A DNA stretch of 64,000 nt from an uncultured Spirochaetota bacterium (GTDB taxonomy: Bacteria; Spirochaetota; Spirochaetia; SZUA-6; Fen-1364), in contig CAVUXE010000033.1 in the NCBI GenBank assembly GCA_963745235.1, positions 1 to 64,000 on the forward strand. The letters are read 5' to 3'. Every line of letters starts with the position of its first letter. The first letter of the stretch is position 1. Under the pieces are notes generated by a model, which saw only the letters and a list, made by a program, of their open reading frames with translations, did not search any database and was not told where the DNA came from. The position numbers and the translations under genes are program-made. Positions 59,891 to 64,000 of the stretch are shown here, piece by piece.

Positions 59891-61096
59891 ATGACTTTCT
59901 CCGATTTTGCTCTTGCACCGCAGCTGCAGGCCTCGGTGCGCCATGCGGGGTTCGATCAACCGACCCCCATTCAAAAGGAGGCAATCCCGCCGGCCCTGGA
60001 AGGCCGCGACATCCTCGCGAGCGCTGAGACGGGAAGCGGCAAGACCGCGGCTTTCCTTCTTCCCATCATGAACCGCCTCCTGCCCATGCAGCGCGGGGCG
60101 ACCCGTGCGCTGGTGCTGGCCCCGACCCGGGAGCTGGCTGCGCAGATCGTGGAGCATTTCCGCCTGCTGGCGCAGGGCACCAGCCTGACCTGCGCGGCGG
60201 TGCACGGCGGCGTTGCGATGGGCGCGCAGGAACGGGCGTTTCGAAAAGGCGTGGATGCGCTGGTTGCATGTCCGGGCAGGCTCCTGGACCACATGCGAAA
60301 CAGCTACGCCGAGCTTTCTTCCATCGAGCTCCTGGTGATCGACGAGGCGGACAGGATGCTGGACATGGGCTTCCTTCCCGACGTCAGGCGCGTCCTTGCC
60401 GGCGTGCCGAAGAACAGGCAGACCTATTTCTTTTCCGCCACGCTGCCCCCGGCAATCGTCGAGCTTTCAAGGGAAATGCTTCACGACCCCGCCCGGCTGA
60501 ACATCGACCGGAAACCGGCTCCTGCCGGCGGCATCACGCACTCCGTGTTCGCGGTTTCTTCCCAGAGCAAGGCGAAGCTCTTCCTCGAGCTGCTGGGCAG
60601 AGCGATTTCCGGCAGCGTCCTGGTGTTCACACGCACCAAGCACAGGGCGAACCGGCTGGCGGATTTCCTCGACAAGAACGGCGTTCCCTGCGCCCGGATC
60701 CATGGCAACCGGAGCCAGTCGCAGCGGACAGCCGCGCTTGCGGGGTTCAAGCAGGGGAGGTTCCAGGTCCTCGTGGCCACCGACATTGCCGCGCGCGGCA
60801 TCGACGTGGAGGCCCTCGGATCCGTGGTCAACTTCGACGTGCCCAACCAGCCCGAGGACTACATCCACAGGGTCGGCCGCACGGCTCGCGCGAAGCTGAC
60901 CGGGGACGCCTACACCCTCGTCTCTCCCGAGGAAGAGAAGAACCTCAGCGCAATCGAGCGCGCCCTGGGACGTCGCCTTCCCCGGCAGAAGGTTGAAGGC
61001 TTCGACTATTCGCAGGCGCCGGTCCCTTTGCGGGCGCCGGCCGGGCTGCAGGCGCCGCGCAGAAAGCACGCCGCCAGCACCTGGCGCCGCAGATAG
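59891..61096 (+). CDS. rhlE: DEAD-box RNA helicase (RhlE-like)
   Basis: Q motif, AETGSGKT, PTRELA, DEAD, SAT, ARGID, HRVGRTAR. Confidence 0.9.
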   Translation: MTFSDFALAPQLQASVRHAGFDQPTPIQKEAIPPALEGRDILASAETGSGKTAAFLLPIMNRLLPMQRGATRALVLAPTRELAAQIVEHFRLLAQGTSLTCAAVHGGVAMGAQERAFRKGVDALVACPGRLLDHMRNSYAELSSIELLVIDEADRMLDMGFLPDVRRVLAGVPKNRQTYFFSATLPPAIVELSREMLHDPARLNIDRKPAPAGGITHSVFAVSSQSKAKLFLELLGRAISGSVLVFTRTKHRANRLADFLDKNGVPCARIHGNRSQSQRTAALAGFKQGRFQVLVATDIAARGIDVEALGSVVNFDVPNQPEDYIHRVGRTARAKLTGDAYTLVSPEEEKNLSAIERALGRRLPRQKVEGFDYSQAPVPLRAPAGLQAPRRKHAASTWRRR

Positions 61097-61120
61097 CAGG
61101 TTGTTGTATAGTTCCCCCCT

Positions 61121-62881
61121 ATGAACGTGCTGTCCCTGGACGGGGTGAGCAAGACCCTCGTGGACGCGCCCCTTTTCGAGGAGGTCACCATCGGGATCGA
61201 TGCCGGTGAAAAGATCGGCTTCATCGGGAGAAACGGCGCCGGCAAGTCCACGCTCCTCAAGGTGCTGACGGGGGAGCTGCCCGTCGACACGGGAAGCGTC
61301 TCCCGCAACCGGGCGCTCACCGTCAGCATGCTGGAGCAGCGGCCGACTTTCACTCCGGGAACCACGCTGGAAGAGTTCTGCTTCCAGAAAGACGGCGTGA
61401 CAGGTGACCCGGACCAGCGGTCCGTCGTCCTGAGCTCCTTCCACTCCTTCTGCAGGGAGCTGGGTCTTGGCGATCCTCTGGTTCGCATGGACACGCTCTC
61501 CGGCGGAATGGTCCGCAAGGCTTCCCTCGCCCGCTGCCTGGCCAGCGCGGCGAGCTTCGTGCTGCTGGACGAGCCGACCAATCACCTGGACCTGGAAACC
61601 ACCGAATGGCTGGAGAACCGGCTTCGCCGCGCAACCTTCGGGTTCGTCCTCGTCACGCACGACCGGTACTTCCTGGATGACGTGTGCACGGCCATCATGG
61701 AAATCGACGGTCGCAGGGTCCTGAAGTATGCGGGCAACTACTCGGAGTATCTCAAGCGCAAAGCCGAGAGAGAGGAGCAGCGGGAGCGCGCCGAGCAGCG
61801 CAGGAGCGTCATCCTCCGGGGAGAGCTCGAGTGGCTGAAGCGGGGGCCCCGCGCGCGCACGGGCAAGGACAAGGGACGCAAGGGACGCATCCAGGACCTG
61901 CTGGATTCCCGCGTGCAGGCGGAGGCGGGAATGCAGGAGTTCACTTCCACGCACCGCCGCCTGGGGAAGAAGGTGCTGGAGCTGCAAGGGGTCTCGAAGA
62001 GCTACGACGGGAGAAAGGTCATCAACCCCTTCACATACAGCTTCCGAAGGGGGGAGCGAATCGGCGTGATCGGCCCGAGCGGAGCCGGCAAAACCACGTT
62101 TCTCAGGATCGTGGCCGGAGAGCTGCCCCCGGACGCGGGAAGCGCGACGAAGGGAGAGACGACGGTCTTCGCCCACTTCACCCAGACAATCACGCTTTCC
62201 AACCCCGGCCTCACGGTCATAGATTTCATGAAAGAGCTTGCGGAGCGCGTCCCGCAGGAAGGCGGCGGCTCGCTCAGCGCGGAGCAGTTCCTGGAAAGGT
62301 TCCTTTTTCCCCGCACCATGCACGGCGTGACCCTTGACCGTCTCTCGGGCGGGGAGCTTCGGAGGCTCACCCTCGTGCGGCTCCTGGCCACGGCGCCGAA
62401 CTTCCTCCTGCTGGACGAGCCCACCAACGACCTGGATCTTGATACCATCCGGCAGCTCGAAGACTATCTCACGGACTTCAACGGATGCATCCTCCTCGTC
62501 TCCCACGACAGGGCGATGCTGGACAGGCTCACGGACTATCTCCTCGTTTTCGACGGGGCCGGGGGGATCCAGGGATTCACCGGGAGCTACGAAGACTACA
62601 AGGAGACGGAGACGGTGGAAGTGCGGCGCAGGGAGCAGTACCGGCCGGCGCGCCAGCTGAAGACCGGGCTTTCGTTCAAGGAGCGCAAGGAGTACGAACA
62701 GCTCCTGGCCCGCATAGAGGCGCTGGAAAAGGAGCAGAAGTCACTGGAATCTTTTTTCCAGGAGCCGTCAGCGGATCCGGTGGAGCTGGAGCGCAACAGC
62801 AGGCGCTACCGGGAGATCCAGGGGACGCTGGAAGCGCAGCTGGCCCGGTGGGAAGAGCTGGCCGCGCGAGCAGGGGATTGA
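61121..62881 (+). CDS. ABC-F family ATPase (Uup-like)
   Basis: Two ABC cassettes (GRNGAGKS, LSGG, DEPTNHLD; GPSGAGKT, DEPTNDLD), no TM segments, C-terminal LSFKERKE coiled coil. Confidence 0.92.
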   Translation: MNVLSLDGVSKTLVDAPLFEEVTIGIDAGEKIGFIGRNGAGKSTLLKVLTGELPVDTGSVSRNRALTVSMLEQRPTFTPGTTLEEFCFQKDGVTGDPDQRSVVLSSFHSFCRELGLGDPLVRMDTLSGGMVRKASLARCLASAASFVLLDEPTNHLDLETTEWLENRLRRATFGFVLVTHDRYFLDDVCTAIMEIDGRRVLKYAGNYSEYLKRKAEREEQRERAEQRRSVILRGELEWLKRGPRARTGKDKGRKGRIQDLLDSRVQAEAGMQEFTSTHRRLGKKVLELQGVSKSYDGRKVINPFTYSFRRGERIGVIGPSGAGKTTFLRIVAGELPPDAGSATKGETTVFAHFTQTITLSNPGLTVIDFMKELAERVPQEGGGSLSAEQFLERFLFPRTMHGVTLDRLSGGELRRLTLVRLLATAPNFLLLDEPTNDLDLDTIRQLEDYLTDFNGCILLVSHDRAMLDRLTDYLLVFDGAGGIQGFTGSYEDYKETETVEVRRREQYRPARQLKTGLSFKERKEYEQLLARIEALEKEQKSLESFFQEPSADPVELERNSRRYREIQGTLEAQLARWEELAARAGD

Positions 62882-62903
62882 GCGCTTCTGCAAGCCCTCT
62901 GCG

Positions 62904-63791
62904 TCACGCCCCTTTTGAGGTGTCGGTATCCAGGTCCGGAAACGCTTCTTCGGGTTTCAGGCCTTCCTTGGGGTACATGCGGGCCGTCAGGCCCGGATTG
63001 GAATGTCCGAGCAGCACGGCAACCGCGTTGATGCTTCTCCCTCTCTTGATTTGAATGACGGCCCACGTGTGCCGCAGGTGCTGGGCGGATACTTCTTTCC
63101 CGAGGGTCCGCAGCGCCTCATGCTTGATCCGGTTCGTAACAGATACGCGGTTGTAGGGCCTGTCGCGATGCTCGAAAAGCCAGGTTTTGCCGTGGAAGTG
63201 CTTCCGCAGGCGTTCCACGAAATCCTTTCTCACGTGGAGCGTTCTTTCCTTGCCGCCTTTGCCCGTGATCCGCACGGGGACCTGGCCGTCCTTCGCCGTC
63301 CCCAGGTCCGTGAGCTTGAGACTCAGCATCTCTGACACGCGGACGCCCGTGCGAACAAGGAAAGTCACCATAAGCTTGATGGTCCTGTCCCGTGTCTCTC
63401 CGACCAGCTTCCGCGCCTCCTCGATATCAAGCACTTTGTCCGGCGGGACGGCGAGGGAATCGATCTTCCTGAGCTTCACGGACTTGAGAATCTCCTCCAG
63501 CTGGTACTTCCTCCGCAGGTCCGCGGCGAAAGCGCTGCGTTTGAACGCGTAGCGGACGCGGCTCCTGGCCGCGGCAAGCTTCCGGTTGATGGTGGCCGGC
63601 GAGTAGCGTTTTCCGTCGTGCTCCTCTTCCAGCCAGGCCGCATATCTCCGAAATCCATCCACGATGAGGAGCTTTTTCTCCCTCACGAACCCGATGAACT
63701 GCTTCACGTCGAGACGGTAGACATCCCTGATGCCTTCCAGCTCCCCCAGAAGCGCTTCCCATTTTGATTTTTGAACCGCGTCATCCTTCAT
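62904..63791 (-). CDS. Tyrosine recombinase/integrase
   Basis: TGVRVSE, GKGGKER, QHLRH, LLGHSN, C-terminal Tyr (TARMY). Confidence 0.9.
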   Translation of the reverse strand: MKDDAVQKSKWEALLGELEGIRDVYRLDVKQFIGFVREKKLLIVDGFRRYAAWLEEEHDGKRYSPATINRKLAAARSRVRYAFKRSAFAADLRRKYQLEEILKSVKLRKIDSLAVPPDKVLDIEEARKLVGETRDRTIKLMVTFLVRTGVRVSEMLSLKLTDLGTAKDGQVPVRITGKGGKERTLHVRKDFVERLRKHFHGKTWLFEHRDRPYNRVSVTNRIKHEALRTLGKEVSAQHLRHTWAVIQIKRGRSINAVAVLLGHSNPGLTARMYPKEGLKPEEAFPDLDTDTSKGA

Positions 63792-63874
63792 GCCACCGTT
63801 CCCTCCATTCCCGCCGCCAGGACAAAATTATACTTTAGTAATGTAACAGATAAAAACGGGAAGGGCAAGGAGAC

Positions 63875-63902
63875 AAAAAAAGGGGGGCCGACCAGCCCCC
63901 CT
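63875..63902 (-). terminator. Rho-independent terminator
   Basis: 8-bp stem AGGGGGGC/GCCCCCCT with a 6-nt loop, followed by a T-run on the minus strand, just after the RRM gene stop. Confidence 0.85.
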
Positions 63903-63924
63903 CGATTGAACGCGGTTGCTTTTC

Positions 63925-64000
63925 TTAGTAGCGGTCGCGGGGGGGACGATCTTCCCGGGGCTTGGACATGTTCACCGTGAGGTTCCTGCCCTCCAGAAGC
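63925..64000 (-). CDS. RRM RNA-binding protein, C-terminal end (runs off window)
   Basis: Manual translation LLEGRNLTVNMSKPREDRPPRDRY*. Confidence 0.75.
   Translation of the reverse strand, partial: LLEGRNLTVNMSKPREDRPPRDRY

Noticed and set aside
60467-62506. 679-aa minus-strand ORF
   Set aside because: Antisense to the DEAD-box helicase and ABC-F genes; a typical GC-rich shadow.
62904-63791. Integron integrase or prophage boundary
   Set aside because: No IntI-specific insertion, attC arrays, phage genes or tRNA visible.
1-64000. rRNA, tRNA, CRISPR arrays, known riboswitches
   Set aside because: None recognised by eye and intergenic gaps are short; tRNAscan-SE and Infernal would be needed to exclude small RNAs.

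Overview
High-GC bacterial chromosomal DNA. It is most likely from an uncultured Spirochaetia lineage, inferred from the 'LWAGGSKE' signal peptide of the sugar-binding protein, the small MshEN-like protein and the C-terminal 'LLPICSHCKKIRD' zinc-ribbon protein. About 20 otherwise intact genes carry single-base frameshifts, which points to an unpolished long-read consensus. The first ~2.4 kb looks like joined gene fragments: an XRE controller plus a restriction-like gene, then HEAT and PDZ genes, then a 5'-truncated DUF6600 gene. The rest, in order: a GH88-cupin-Gfo/Idh/MocA-SDR operon; an ALDH-GMC oxidoreductase pair; a complete eight-gene coproporphyrin-dependent haem operon (hemA, hemC-hemD fusion, hemB, chdC/hemQ, hemE, hemH, hemY, hemL); a FrdA/SdhA-X-Y-FrdB/SdhB complex with two unusual membrane proteins; an ERG2/sigma-1-like gene; an MFS gene split by an intact 2,104-bp IS; a PTS EIIA; a Thermus-order V/A-ATPase operon; a LacI-regulated sugar ABC-rbsK-deoC-like-FGE locus; aguB/aguA; a JAB plus Ubl-E1-rhodanese sulfur relay behind a decayed cysteine synthase; HDAC, a DEAD-box helicase, an ABC-F protein and a lone tyrosine recombinase. 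The IS has 17-bp IRs, a TAGATA target duplication, an IS5-like transposase and a divergent DUF6788 gene, and its -10 box sits inside a palindrome. I saw no rRNA, tRNA or CRISPR array. All family assignments come from recognising motifs by eye, not from database searches.
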